64,000 bases of DNA from Candidatus Latescibacterota bacterium (lineage in GTDB: Bacteria; Latescibacterota; UBA2968; UBA8231): NCBI GenBank assembly GCA_965203175.1, contig OZ241867.1, positions 5,408,001 through 5,472,000 of the forward strand. Direction: 5' to 3'. This document shows positions 9,818 to 19,366 of this stretch, one piece after another. Each line of letters opens with the position of its first letter. The stretch's first letter is position 1. Under the pieces are notes generated by a model, which was not told the DNA's origin, searched no databases, and saw only the letters and a program-made list of their open reading frames with translations. The position numbers and the translations under genes were made by a program.

Positions 9818-11176
9818 TCAGCACGAGGTCAAATACCGGTCGATCTCCCAGCGGCTGACTTGGCTGTCGTACTCGGCCCACTCGTCGGCTTTTATCTTGA
9901 GGAATTCGTCGGCGATGGGGCCTAGTGCGCTCTGCACCACTTCATCCTCGCCCAGCTCGTCGAGCGCCTCGGCCAGCGACTGGGGCAAAAGCTGTATCCC
10001 TTCCGCTTGGATCTCATCGAGAGAGCGCTCGTACATGTTGCCTAGGTTTGGCTCGCCCGGCTCCAAGCCGCGCTCAATGCCGTCGAGTCCGGCAACTAGA
10101 TAGGCAGCCAGAGCCAGATAGGGATTGGCCGCGGCGCTGATCGTGCGGTCTTCAAAATGTCCTTCTCCGGCCGTGCGGATCATCTGCGTGCGGTTGTTGT
10201 CACCGTAGGTAATAAATGCCGGCGTCCAAGTAAAACCCGAACGGCTCGAATAAATTCCAGCGCCGAGTTGCAGGCGCTTGTAGCAGTTCACCGTCGGGCT
10301 GGAGACCGCGCACAGGGCGCGTGCGTGGTGCAAAATGCCGCCGAGGAAGTGATAGGCCAGCTCAGAGCAGCCCAAGCCCCGCTTGTCTCCCTCGTCCAAA
10401 AAAAGATTCTCGCCCGACTCGGCGTCGGCCAGATGGTAGTGCGCGTGCAAGCCGCTGCCCGTGCGGTCGGCAAACGGCTTGGGCATGTGCGAGGCGATCG
10501 CGCCGTGCTTCTTGGCGATCTGCGAGGTGGCCATCTTGAAGAAAATGATGCGGTCCGACGTCGTCAGCGCGTCGGCATAGTCAAAGTTCACCTCGAACTG
10601 ACCGTTGGCGTCCTCGTGGTCGCACTGGTACACGCCCCAACCCAAGCTGTTGAGCGACAGCGTCAACTCCTGCAAGTACGCCATGGCTGGCGACATGGAG
10701 CGGAAGTCATAGCAGGGCTTGGCCAGCGAGTCCACCCCGTCTGGGTCCCAAGGCCGGATCGAGCCGTCGTCATTGCGCGCGAGGAGAAAATGCTCCGGCT
10801 CCATGCCCACGTTGAAGACATAGCCCTGTTGCCGGGCGTCGGCGAGCACCCGCTGGAGGTTGGTGCGCGAGCAATAGGGATAGGACTCCCCATCGACGAA
10901 CAGGTCGCTGGCAAAGCGCACGGTATTGGGCTGCCAAGACAGCCGCGCGTACGAATCGAGGTCGATCCGCGCCAGCATATCGTGCGAGTGCGGCCCCTGC
11001 CCCAAACCCCAAATAGACGCGCCGGCAAAGCCCGCGCCTTCGTCAAGCGCGTCGTCGAACGACGTCACCGGCACCATCTTCACTTTGGGCGCGCCGGTCA
11101 TATCGACGAACTGTACGAGTAGGAATTCAATGCCCTCTTGGGCGAGGCGTTCTTCGATCTCAGTGCGTTCAGTCAC
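9818..11176 (-). CDS. gmaS: Gamma-glutamylmethylamide synthetase (GlnT-type glutamine synthetase family)
   Basis: KPCYD, YQCDHEDANGQFEVNF, MPKPFADRTGSG, YGDNNRT. Start GTG 11176 with AAGGAG RBS. Lies between mgsC and mgdA. Confidence 0.9.
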   Translation of the reverse strand: MTERTEIEERLAQEGIEFLLVQFVDMTGAPKVKMVPVTSFDDALDEGAGFAGASIWGLGQGPHSHDMLARIDLDSYARLSWQPNTVRFASDLFVDGESYPYCSRTNLQRVLADARQQGYVFNVGMEPEHFLLARNDDGSIRPWDPDGVDSLAKPCYDFRSMSPAMAYLQELTLSLNSLGWGVYQCDHEDANGQFEVNFDYADALTTSDRIIFFKMATSQIAKKHGAIASHMPKPFADRTGSGLHAHYHLADAESGENLFLDEGDKRGLGCSELAYHFLGGILHHARALCAVSSPTVNCYKRLQLGAGIYSSRSGFTWTPAFITYGDNNRTQMIRTAGEGHFEDRTISAAANPYLALAAYLVAGLDGIERGLEPGEPNLGNMYERSLDEIQAEGIQLLPQSLAEALDELGEDEVVQSALGPIADEFLKIKADEWAEYDSQVSRWEIDRYLTSC

Positions 11177-12521
11177 AACAAGCTCCTTTATTAGTTGGCG
11201 TATTTCCAGGAATCCAATCCGTCCCGGCCAAAGGGATCTTGGCCATGGCCGCCGCCTCAATGGTCAGCGCCGCCAAATCCTCTGGCTCCAGATTGTGAAC
11301 GTGCGATTTGCCGCAGGCGCGGGCAATGGTCTGGCACTCCATGGTCATTACTCGCAGATAGTTGGCAAGCAGGCGTCCTCCCACCACCGGGTCGAGGCGC
11401 TGGGCCAATGTGTCGCTCTGGGTCGAGATGCCAGCCGGGTCTTGGCCGTCCTGCAAGTCGTCGTAAAAGCCAGCGGCCGTGCCGATTTTGCGGTACTCGG
11501 GATCCAAATTCGGACTGTTGTCGCCCAGCGCAATCAGCGCGGCCGTGCCAATCGAACAGGCATCCGCCCCCATCGCCAGGGCCTTGGCCACATCCGCGCC
11601 GCTGCGGATGCCGCCAGACACAACGAGCTGCACCTTGCGATGCATGTCCAACTCGTCGAGCGCCTCCACAGCTTGGCGCACGGCTGGCAGGGTCGGGATT
11701 CCCACGTGCTCGATGAATACCTCCTGGGTCGCACCCGTGCCACCCTGCATCCCGTCGAGCACCACCACGTCGGCTCCAGCCTTGATCGCCAAGAGCGTGT
11801 CGTAGTAGGTCCGCGTCGCGCCGATTTTGACGTAGATCGGCACCTGCCAATCAGTAATCTCGCGCAGTTCGATTATTTTGATCGCCAAATCGTCCGGGCC
11901 GGTCCAATCGGGATGGCGGCAGGCCGAGCGCTGGTCGATGTCCTTGGGCAAGGTCCGCATCTGGGCGACGCGGTCGCTGATCTTCTGACCCAAGAGCATT
12001 CCGCCACCGCCGGGCTTGGCCCCCTGGCCGAGCACCACCTCAATGGCGTCGGCCTTCCGCAGGTCGTCGGGATTCATGCCGTAGCGCGAGGGCAAAAGCT
12101 GGTACACCAAAATCCGCGACTGTTCGCGCTCCTCCGGCGTCATCCCGCCGTCGCCAGTCGTGGTACTCGTGCCCACTTCGCTGGCACCGCGGCCGAGCGC
12201 CTCTTTGGCCTGCGCCGACAGCGAGCCAAAGCTCATCCCCGCGATGGTAATGGGAATGTCGAGGTGGATCGGGTTTTTGGCGTAGCGCGTGCCCAGCACC
12301 ACATCGGTGTCGCAGCGCTCGCGGTAGCCTTCCAGCGGATAGCGCGACATGCTCGCGCCCAAAAAGACCAAGTCGTCAAAATGGGGCACCCGGCGCTTGG
12401 CCCCCCAGCCGCGGATATCGTAGATCCCGGTCTGCGCAGCGCGCTGGATCTCGTAGATGACGTCGCGGCCAAAGGTCGCCGATTCGCGCAGGCCCTCTGG
12501 GCTGTAGTGTGATTGCATCAT
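11169..12521 (-). CDS. mgsC: N-methylglutamate synthase subunit C (FMN-binding glutamate synthase-like, GlxD)
   Basis: SRYPLEGYRERC, GMSFGSLS, GQGAKPGGGGMLLGQK, RHPDWTGPDDL. Start ATG 12521. Confidence 0.92.
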   Translation of the reverse strand: MMQSHYSPEGLRESATFGRDVIYEIQRAAQTGIYDIRGWGAKRRVPHFDDLVFLGASMSRYPLEGYRERCDTDVVLGTRYAKNPIHLDIPITIAGMSFGSLSAQAKEALGRGASEVGTSTTTGDGGMTPEEREQSRILVYQLLPSRYGMNPDDLRKADAIEVVLGQGAKPGGGGMLLGQKISDRVAQMRTLPKDIDQRSACRHPDWTGPDDLAIKIIELREITDWQVPIYVKIGATRTYYDTLLAIKAGADVVVLDGMQGGTGATQEVFIEHVGIPTLPAVRQAVEALDELDMHRKVQLVVSGGIRSGADVAKALAMGADACSIGTAALIALGDNSPNLDPEYRKIGTAAGFYDDLQDGQDPAGISTQSDTLAQRLDPVVGGRLLANYLRVMTMECQTIARACGKSHVHNLEPEDLAALTIEAAAMAKIPLAGTDWIPGNTPTNKGACCD

Positions 12522-12528
12522 AGAGCGT

Positions 12529-13221
12529 CTAGTACTGGGATGCGTTGTCCACCTTGAAGTTGTAAAGCTGGCGCGCCGACCCGTAGCGGCGAAACTCTTC
12601 CGGGCGCACATCGGGCAAATCCGCCCGCGCCAGCAGCTCGGCCAACGCGCTCAAATGCTCGTCGCGCATGGGCTTTTCAATGCAGTCGGCCCCCAAGCCC
12701 GCGACCCGGCCACGCACGAAAATCCGTGCCTCGTACAGCGAGTCGCCCAACGCCTCGTCAGCATCGCCGCAGACGACTAAGTTGCCGGCTTGGGCCATAA
12801 AGCAACTGCTGTGGCCGACCGAACCGCCGACCACAATATCGATCCCCTTCATCGAAATCCCGCAGCGGCTCGACGCGTCGCCCTCAATGACCAGCAGACC
12901 GCCGTGTCCGGTGGCCCCAGCGCACTGGCTGGCGTGGCCTTTCACCCTTACCACCCCCGACATCATGTTCTCGGCCACCCCGACCCCGACCATCCCGTGG
13001 ACAGTGATGTAAGCGCGCTGATTCATGCCAGCGCAATAATAGCCAACGTGGCCTTCGATATCGATTTCCACCGGCACATCGACTCCGGCGGCTACTGCGT
13101 GCGCACCCCGAGGATGTAAAATCCGCCACGGCGTCTTGGCCGTCTCCTCGGTCAGGTCGTGCAGGCGCTGGTTGAGCTGGCGCAACTCTCCGGTCGCCAA
13201 GTCGAAAACCTCCGCACCCAT
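12529..13221 (-). CDS. mgsB: N-methylglutamate synthase subunit B (GXGXG domain, GlxC)
   Basis: GHVGYYCAGMN, GVAENMMSG, RCGISMKG, ALGDSLYE. Start ATG 13221 overlaps the mgsA stop (TGATG). Confidence 0.9.
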   Translation of the reverse strand: MGAEVFDLATGELRQLNQRLHDLTEETAKTPWRILHPRGAHAVAAGVDVPVEIDIEGHVGYYCAGMNQRAYITVHGMVGVGVAENMMSGVVRVKGHASQCAGATGHGGLLVIEGDASSRCGISMKGIDIVVGGSVGHSSCFMAQAGNLVVCGDADEALGDSLYEARIFVRGRVAGLGADCIEKPMRDEHLSALAELLARADLPDVRPEEFRRYGSARQLYNFKVDNASQY

Positions 13222-14123
13222 CAATCGGCTCCTCCCCAGGTGTACACCCGCGCCGGCTTGGGCTCCCACACCTCTGCATCGTCGATCCCCGGCAAGCTCG
13301 ATAGCGCCTGGAACTCGCTGGCCATCGCCACGTACTCATCCGTCTCGGCCAGCACCGCCGGCTTGCAGGCGATCGGGTCGCGCAAAACCGCAAAGCCATC
13401 AGCCGTGCCAATGGCAAAGGTATAAAAGCCGTCGAGATCGTCGAGCGCCTCTTGCAGGGCCGCTTGCAAGGTATCCCCCTGCTGCATCCGCCACATCAAG
13501 TAGCCAGCGGCCACCTCCGAGTCGTTTTCCGTGCGAATTTCGATTCCGTTGCGCTCCAAGCGCGTGCGCAGCCGGTTGTGATTGCTCAGCGACCCGTTGT
13601 GTACGAGGCAGAGGTCCATGCCTGTGGAAAAGGGATGAGAGCCGTCGGTGGTCACCGCGCTCTCGGTGGCCATGCGCGTGTGGCCGATGATGTGCGTACC
13701 GTGCATCTTGCGCACGCCAAAGCGATCGACGATTTCAGCGGGCGCGCCGATCTCTTTGAGGATCTCAATGCTGCGGCCGATGCTCATCACCGTCAGGCCA
13801 GAGTCTGAGTCAGCTAGCGCTCGCCCCAGCGAGTCGGCGTCGGCACACACCGCGATAACCGCGTAGTTGGCGTTGACGCGCAGGCTAGCCTCGCAGCTAA
13901 AGCGCGTGCCGAGTTGGTCGGCCAGCCCAGGCCAGTCGTAGTCGTCGGCCGCGTGCCGCAAGGTGACTTTGATAAAGCCTTCCGGCGGCTCATTGCCATA
14001 GAGCGCTAACCCCGCGCTATCGGGGCCGCGGTCGCTCATGCATATCAGCATCTCGGCGAACAGCGCGCCGAGTTGGTCAGCCAAGTCGTGTTTTTTTACG
14101 TATAGCCCAACAATACCGCACAT
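13221..14123 (-). CDS. mgsA: N-methylglutamate synthase subunit A (class II glutamine amidotransferase, GlxB)
   Basis: MCGIVG, RGPDSAG, GHTRMATES, VHNGSLSNH, ENDSE. Confidence 0.92.
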   Translation of the reverse strand: MCGIVGLYVKKHDLADQLGALFAEMLICMSDRGPDSAGLALYGNEPPEGFIKVTLRHAADDYDWPGLADQLGTRFSCEASLRVNANYAVIAVCADADSLGRALADSDSGLTVMSIGRSIEILKEIGAPAEIVDRFGVRKMHGTHIIGHTRMATESAVTTDGSHPFSTGMDLCLVHNGSLSNHNRLRTRLERNGIEIRTENDSEVAAGYLMWRMQQGDTLQAALQEALDDLDGFYTFAIGTADGFAVLRDPIACKPAVLAETDEYVAMASEFQALSSLPGIDDAEVWEPKPARVYTWGGAD

Positions 14124-14217
14124 TGCATACTAGTCATTTTAGGACGATTTTTTCGCTCGCGGATAGAGTAAACTACACAATCGCTTAATGCGCAACAAAC
14201 ACAGCGAGGCAAATGAT

Positions 14218-14913
14218 ATGGCCAAATTTCCAGCAGTACAAGCCCTCACTTTCGACCTGTTCGGCACCGTCCTCGACTTGGGCGGCAGCCTGACCCCGGC
14301 CATCGCGTCCTATCTGCGCGATAAAGGGTCTTCAGTCCCGCCCGAGCACCTGTGGAACCAATGGCGGGCGCGCCAGCGCCTGGAGCAATATCAGGACAAT
14401 ATCCTCCTGCTAGGCCACAGCGGCTATTTGGAAACGGTGCGGCGGGCCTTGATTTACGTCTTGGCATTGGAGGGAATAGACCCAGACGAAGAGGATGTCC
14501 CCCGTCTCATGAAAGCCTGGCAGCACCTTAACCCCTTCGCCGATGTGAGGGCGGCGCTCGAAAAGCTACAGGGGCGCTACCGCCTAGTCGCACTGTCCAA
14601 TGGCGAAGCGGACTTTTTGGCCCATCTAGCGACCAACCGCATTGGCTGGGACTTCGACCGCATTATCTCAGTCGAAGAAGTAGGTGCCTTCAAACCACAC
14701 CCTGGGGTGTATCGCCGAGCCGCGACCTTGCTGGACTTGGAAGTGGGACAGTGCATGATGGTTTCGGCCAATTCCTTCGACGTGCTGGGGGCGCGGGCCT
14801 GCGGCATGAGAGCAGCCTTCGTCAACCGCAACGTCCTGCCCTACGAAGAAACGCCGTACCGGCCCGATGTGGAGGTGGGAAATTTTACCGAGCTAACCGA
14901 GGCGCTGTTGTGA
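14218..14913 (+). CDS. Haloacid dehalogenase type II-like HAD hydrolase
   Basis: FDLFGTVLD, ALSNG, FKPHPGVY, VSANSFDVLGA. Confidence 0.85.
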   Translation: MAKFPAVQALTFDLFGTVLDLGGSLTPAIASYLRDKGSSVPPEHLWNQWRARQRLEQYQDNILLLGHSGYLETVRRALIYVLALEGIDPDEEDVPRLMKAWQHLNPFADVRAALEKLQGRYRLVALSNGEADFLAHLATNRIGWDFDRIISVEEVGAFKPHPGVYRRAATLLDLEVGQCMMVSANSFDVLGARACGMRAAFVNRNVLPYEETPYRPDVEVGNFTELTEALL

Positions 14914-14980
14914 AGAAACAGGGAAGAAGCGAAAAAGTTGCAAGAGCGAGCCAGAAGATCGAAACTAGGCGGTTGATGAC

Positions 14981-15859
14981 ATGAGAGACAACTTAACAGG
15001 GAAGAAAGGCAGAGAGCCGGTGGTTATTTCCCTTACCAAGAAGGAAACAGGATCTCGGCGCATAAGCCCCAGACGGCTCAAACAGGCGGTAGAGGGGATC
15101 AGGCAGGACGGATATGTCGTCATCGAAAACGCGGTCCCCCATGAACCGCTCGATATGCTCCGGGAGAAGATGGATCGGGATTCCAAGGTCTTGATCGATC
15201 GGGAGCAGTGGGGCGGCGCCGGACAGCTCAAAGGTCACCTGCAACAGGGACCGCCTCCGTTCGCTCCCTTTGTTTTTCGCGAGATTGTCGCCAATCCGTT
15301 TGTGATTCAGGTCAACACCGCCCTCCTCGGCGAGGGAATCTTCAACAACTTTTACAGCGGCAACACCAATTGTCCCGGCAGCGGCACCCAGCCGCTGCAC
15401 CGGGACGGGTCTCATCTATGGCCGGGTCACGAACCTCCTCACCCCACCGCCAGCGTGGCGGTAAATATCTCTCCGCACGATGTGACTGAAGAGAACGGAG
15501 CAGTGGAGCTGTGGCCGGGCACGCATCTGCACCCCTTCCCGGAAACGGTAATCGACAAGGAAACCGAAGAGGCGCAAAGGAAGGTTTCTCCCCCCATGAG
15601 CGGGTGCGCGAAAAAGGGCAGCGTGCTGATCAGAGATATGCGGCTCTGGCATAGAGGCGTGCCGAATCGGTCGGATCGACCGCGGCATATGACTGCTCAG
15701 GTCCACTGTATCCGCTGGTACAGGAATCGCGGACCGCTGATGTTCAACACCGGTTGTGAAAAGGTTTTTCCCGCTGATTGCGGTCTGGACCACAATGCGG
15801 AATTCACTGAGGAGCCGATTAACTATCTGTTGCTCAATCCGCCAGAAAACAAAAAGTAG
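14981..15859 (+). CDS. Phytanoyl-CoA dioxygenase (PhyH) family Fe/2OG dioxygenase
   Basis: DGYVVIENA, QPLHRD (HxD), ENGAVELWPGTH, LWHRG. Confidence 0.85.
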   Translation: MRDNLTGKKGREPVVISLTKKETGSRRISPRRLKQAVEGIRQDGYVVIENAVPHEPLDMLREKMDRDSKVLIDREQWGGAGQLKGHLQQGPPPFAPFVFREIVANPFVIQVNTALLGEGIFNNFYSGNTNCPGSGTQPLHRDGSHLWPGHEPPHPTASVAVNISPHDVTEENGAVELWPGTHLHPFPETVIDKETEEAQRKVSPPMSGCAKKGSVLIRDMRLWHRGVPNRSDRPRHMTAQVHCIRWYRNRGPLMFNTGCEKVFPADCGLDHNAEFTEEPINYLLLNPPENKK

Positions 15860-15893
15860 AGAATGAAGGGGTAAGCACTGTCCCCTCTTAAAT

Positions 15894-15938
15894 ACGACAC
15901 GGGGCCGTCCAAACTGGTATTGGACGGCCCCATGTCGT
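15894..15938. terminator. Hairpin between convergent genes (probable bidirectional terminator)
   Basis: ACGACAC-GGGGCCGTCCAA-actggta-TTGGACGGCCCC-ATGTCGT: perfect 12-bp stem plus extension. Confidence 0.7.
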
Positions 15939-15958
15939 TAAACTGCTGTTGCCCGGCT

Positions 15959-18900
15959 TCAACCGCCAAAATTACAGGACAAGGCCAGCTTCAACCGCCG
16001 TCCCTTGGGGTCGTGTGTAAAGCCATCGTACGCTTGCTCGATGTTGACCAGCGGCGGCATCGTGTCGAGCAGGTTCATCCCCGACAGCGCGATACTGACG
16101 CCCTCGGACAAGTCCCACAAGAAGCTCACATCCCAAGTGACGAACGAGTCAATGGTACCGAATACTTCTTTAATGTCATCATTACCGGAGTTCATCGATC
16201 CCCGGTCCTCGTACGACGAAATGTAATTCAAGAAGCTTACGAGGCGGTAGGCTCCCCAGTAATAGCCCGCTGACACCTGCCCCTTCAACTTCGGTAGCGA
16301 GGTTGCAATGGGATTGCCAAAGTTAAGATACCCGGCCGCGTCTGCCTCATCTTGCAGTACCAAGTCGCCGAGCGTCAGGGCCTTCGTCTGGTATTCCAGC
16401 GTGTACGTAGCGTCCAAGTTGAGCGAAAGTTCCCCGGCTCCGGCATCGGTGTGCCCGCCCAGATGCAAATCAATCCCCGAGGTCTTGACCCCTGGCCAAT
16501 TGACGATATCAACTCGCACCCGCTCAAGTTCGGAGGCCGCGCAGTTGCCAGTTGGCCCGTCCGGGCAGATAATGAACTGCTTAAGGGCCTCATTATTCGC
16601 TTCATCGGCATATAAGGCAGTTATGGCCCCGTGCGGCATGGCACCGATGACATCCTTGAAATCGTAGCTCCAGTAGTCAAACGTCGCATCAAAGCCCTCC
16701 TCGGTGACTAAGACGAAGCCCGCATTATAGGTAAAAGCCTGTTCGGGCTTGAGGTCTTTGCTGCCGATTCGGTCCACCGTTTGATAGGCACCCGTCTCAT
16801 TGATCCACTCGAGCGTCGAAAGCGGGTTTTCATTTACGTCGTCCAGCGATGGTGTGCGAAACGTCGTCTGCACCGAGCCGCGCAGAAACACGGATTGGGT
16901 CGGGGATTCCACTAACTGATAGCGCCAGCCAAACTTGGGGTCGAAACTGCTCGCCACATCGTGGAACTCGTAGTTGGCGGCGAGTTGGGTGTCAAAGCGC
17001 GACCCCAAGCTCAGGGGAATCTCGGCAAAGAAGCGATGCACGGTCTGCGATTCATCATACGGCCGATTCACATTGGTAAACGCATAGGGACCGAACTTGT
17101 CCTCCTCTGTGCAGGTATCATCGCCCACAACCGGGCAGGGGTTGATGGTAAAGTCGCCCTCGTCGTTGGGATCGCCGCTGGCATTGAGCAGGCGGAACTG
17201 GTAGCCAGCCGCGTAACTAGCGACGTCCTCAATCCAAGTGCCGCTCAGCGTCGCATCGGCGACCAGCAGATCCGCGGCGCTCTGTAGATCGACTTCATTA
17301 TTTGCCAGCCAGTGCCGCAACTCGGGGCTGTTGGCAAGGTTGGCGCGGTAATCGGGATTCGCTTGGGTTGCAAACTCCGCGCCATATTGATCCGCGAACT
17401 CGATGGCATTGCCGAAGGGGTTGTAGTACTGGCAGTCGCCCTGACCCGCCTCTTGGCCGTTGAGCGGGCCGAGCCGCATCCCAGCAAGGGACGAGAGATC
17501 CGCCTCCACGCCAACGCCGCAATCGGGTCCGCCAAACCCGCGGAAGCCGAGGAATATCCGCTCGATGTACACCCCCGGCAGGTTGTAGTTGCCCTCGGTG
17601 CGGGAATAGGAGAGACCTAAATCAAAATGGGCATTTTGACTAAGGTCGCCATTGGCGGAAGCCGCCACGCGCCACGTGCGAGAGTCGCGGCCCAATATGC
17701 GCCCAGGACCCGAATTGCCAAATGGACGGCCGTTAAAATACCAGTTCTCGCCGCCTTGGCATTCGTTGTAGTACAGGTCGCCTTCCTCAGCACCGTAGTC
17801 CGCACAGAACGCCTCCCGGCCTGGATGGTTGGGCGCGACCTCCATGATGCTCGTGTCTGTCAGAGGGAAGGGAGGATACGAAGGCGTGGTGTACCATTCG
17901 GGAATTTCCGCTTCGGCCAACAGGCCCTCGAAATGATACTCTATGCCATTGTCCAACGCGCCGTTGATCTCGGCAAAAGCGCGCATATGGCTCATGTCCT
18001 CAATCAGATTCTCGTACTGCTGATAGCGGAAGCGGCAGGTCCAAGACTCCCGGAAGCCGCCAAACTGCTCACAACGCGGGGCGTGGATGGCAGCAGTCCA
18101 AGGGGCCGGAGCGCCAACGGCGAAGGTGCCTGGGTTCCCCAAGCTCGACCAGCCGAGGCGCTGCCCACCGCCGTGCCACGGCTGCAGCAGGTAGTCTCTT
18201 TCGGAGGCCGGTAGCGCCTGACGCCCTCTCCATTCCCCAGCAACAACCGCATGAGCCTCACCGATCTTCCCACCCCAGATCGCGCCGACATTGCTATCGC
18301 CCGCGCCAGCGATATACTCGTGCGCGGCCGAGACCTCAAATCCCTCAAAGTCGGAGCGGGTCAAAAAATTGGCGACACCAGCCACCGCATCCGAACCATA
18401 GATGGCCGAGGCCCCTTCCTTGAGCACCTCGACCCGATCCACGGCGATAGAAGGGATGGCATTTACATCGACAAAGCGCCCGCCGATCAAGCGCGCTGGC
18501 ACATAGGTCTGGCGGCTGCTGTTGATCAACACCAGCGTCCGCGAGGCTCCCAATCCGCGCAGATTGACGTTGGCAATGCTCTCGGAAAGGGTCGCGGCTT
18601 GGTTAGCGTTGTACCAACTGCTGCGCTCGCCGATCACTCCGTGGCTAGCGCTCAAGTTCTTAAAGAAATCAACCGCCTGCGGTGACCCTTGCTCGGCCAT
18701 CTTTTCTCGACCGGTCACCGCGACGGCGTAGGTCAAGCTGATGGGAGATTCCTTAACCGCGGTGCCGGTCACCACCACTTCCTCCAATTCGACCGCACTA
18801 GCCATCAGTTCCAGCTCGACGGTCACAACCTCGCCAGCGACAACCACGACGGTTTCGGTTGCACTCTCGTAGCCGATCAATTCGGCAGTGATCCGGTATT

Positions 18901-19117
18901 CGCCAGCGGGGACCTTGGCCATGGTGAAACGGCCGTCCTCGCTCCATTCCGCGCTCCTGTTTAACTCCGCGATATAGACTTGGGCCAGATCCTGCACCGT
19001 CCCTTTCTCAGCATCGACGACTGTGCCCACAATGGTACCCGTTGATTCGGCCTGAGCTTGGGCGGCAGGCAAGGCCAAAAGTAGGGTTATAAAAATGCAC
19101 TTGCTCCAGAGTCGCAT
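15959..19117 (-). CDS. TonB-dependent receptor with N-terminal carboxypeptidase-regulatory-like domain
   Basis: Signal peptide; EEVVVTG TonB box; plug motifs NLRGLGASRTLVLIN and RVEVLKEGASAIYGSDAVAGVANF; LKPEQA; AAGGAG RBS. Confidence 0.92.
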   Translation of the reverse strand: MRLWSKCIFITLLLALPAAQAQAESTGTIVGTVVDAEKGTVQDLAQVYIAELNRSAEWSEDGRFTMAKVPAGEYRITAELIGYESATETVVVVAGEVVTVELELMASAVELEEVVVTGTAVKESPISLTYAVAVTGREKMAEQGSPQAVDFFKNLSASHGVIGERSSWYNANQAATLSESIANVNLRGLGASRTLVLINSSRQTYVPARLIGGRFVDVNAIPSIAVDRVEVLKEGASAIYGSDAVAGVANFLTRSDFEGFEVSAAHEYIAGAGDSNVGAIWGGKIGEAHAVVAGEWRGRQALPASERDYLLQPWHGGGQRLGWSSLGNPGTFAVGAPAPWTAAIHAPRCEQFGGFRESWTCRFRYQQYENLIEDMSHMRAFAEINGALDNGIEYHFEGLLAEAEIPEWYTTPSYPPFPLTDTSIMEVAPNHPGREAFCADYGAEEGDLYYNECQGGENWYFNGRPFGNSGPGRILGRDSRTWRVAASANGDLSQNAHFDLGLSYSRTEGNYNLPGVYIERIFLGFRGFGGPDCGVGVEADLSSLAGMRLGPLNGQEAGQGDCQYYNPFGNAIEFADQYGAEFATQANPDYRANLANSPELRHWLANNEVDLQSAADLLVADATLSGTWIEDVASYAAGYQFRLLNASGDPNDEGDFTINPCPVVGDDTCTEEDKFGPYAFTNVNRPYDESQTVHRFFAEIPLSLGSRFDTQLAANYEFHDVASSFDPKFGWRYQLVESPTQSVFLRGSVQTTFRTPSLDDVNENPLSTLEWINETGAYQTVDRIGSKDLKPEQAFTYNAGFVLVTEEGFDATFDYWSYDFKDVIGAMPHGAITALYADEANNEALKQFIICPDGPTGNCAASELERVRVDIVNWPGVKTSGIDLHLGGHTDAGAGELSLNLDATYTLEYQTKALTLGDLVLQDEADAAGYLNFGNPIATSLPKLKGQVSAGYYWGAYRLVSFLNYISSYEDRGSMNSGNDDIKEVFGTIDSFVTWDVSFLWDLSEGVSIALSGMNLLDTMPPLVNIEQAYDGFTHDPKGRRLKLALSCNFGG

Positions 19118-19180
19118 ATGACCTCTCCTTTTGGGGGGGGATGAGAGGTGAAAAAACTAGCGTTCAATCGCTATACTATA

Positions 19181-19333
19181 CTACGGCCCAGTCGCTCTGT
19201 CCAATGGCGAGGCGGATTTTTGGCCCATTTGGCAGCCAACCGCATTGGCTGGAACTTCGGCCGCATTGTCCCGGTTGAAGAAGTAGGTACCTTCAAGCCG
19301 CACCTCGTCACCGAGCTAACTGAAACTGTGAAG
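19181..19333 (+). pseudogene. Decayed copy of the 3' half of the HAD hydrolase gene
   Basis: 19181-19304 aligns to 14577-14701 with a 1-bp deletion; 19310-19333 aligns to 14887-14915. About 180 bp is deleted in between. Confidence 0.85.
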
Positions 19334-19366
19334 TTGTCCATCTATAATTATTAGAAAGTGGGCGTT

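Noticed and set aside
10926-12512. 528-aa plus-strand ORF
   Set aside because: Antisense shadow of mgsC/gmaS with no recognisable motifs; typical of GC-rich DNA.
19148-19354. 68-aa ORF as a real gene
   Set aside because: It is a chimeric reading of the frameshifted HAD remnant.
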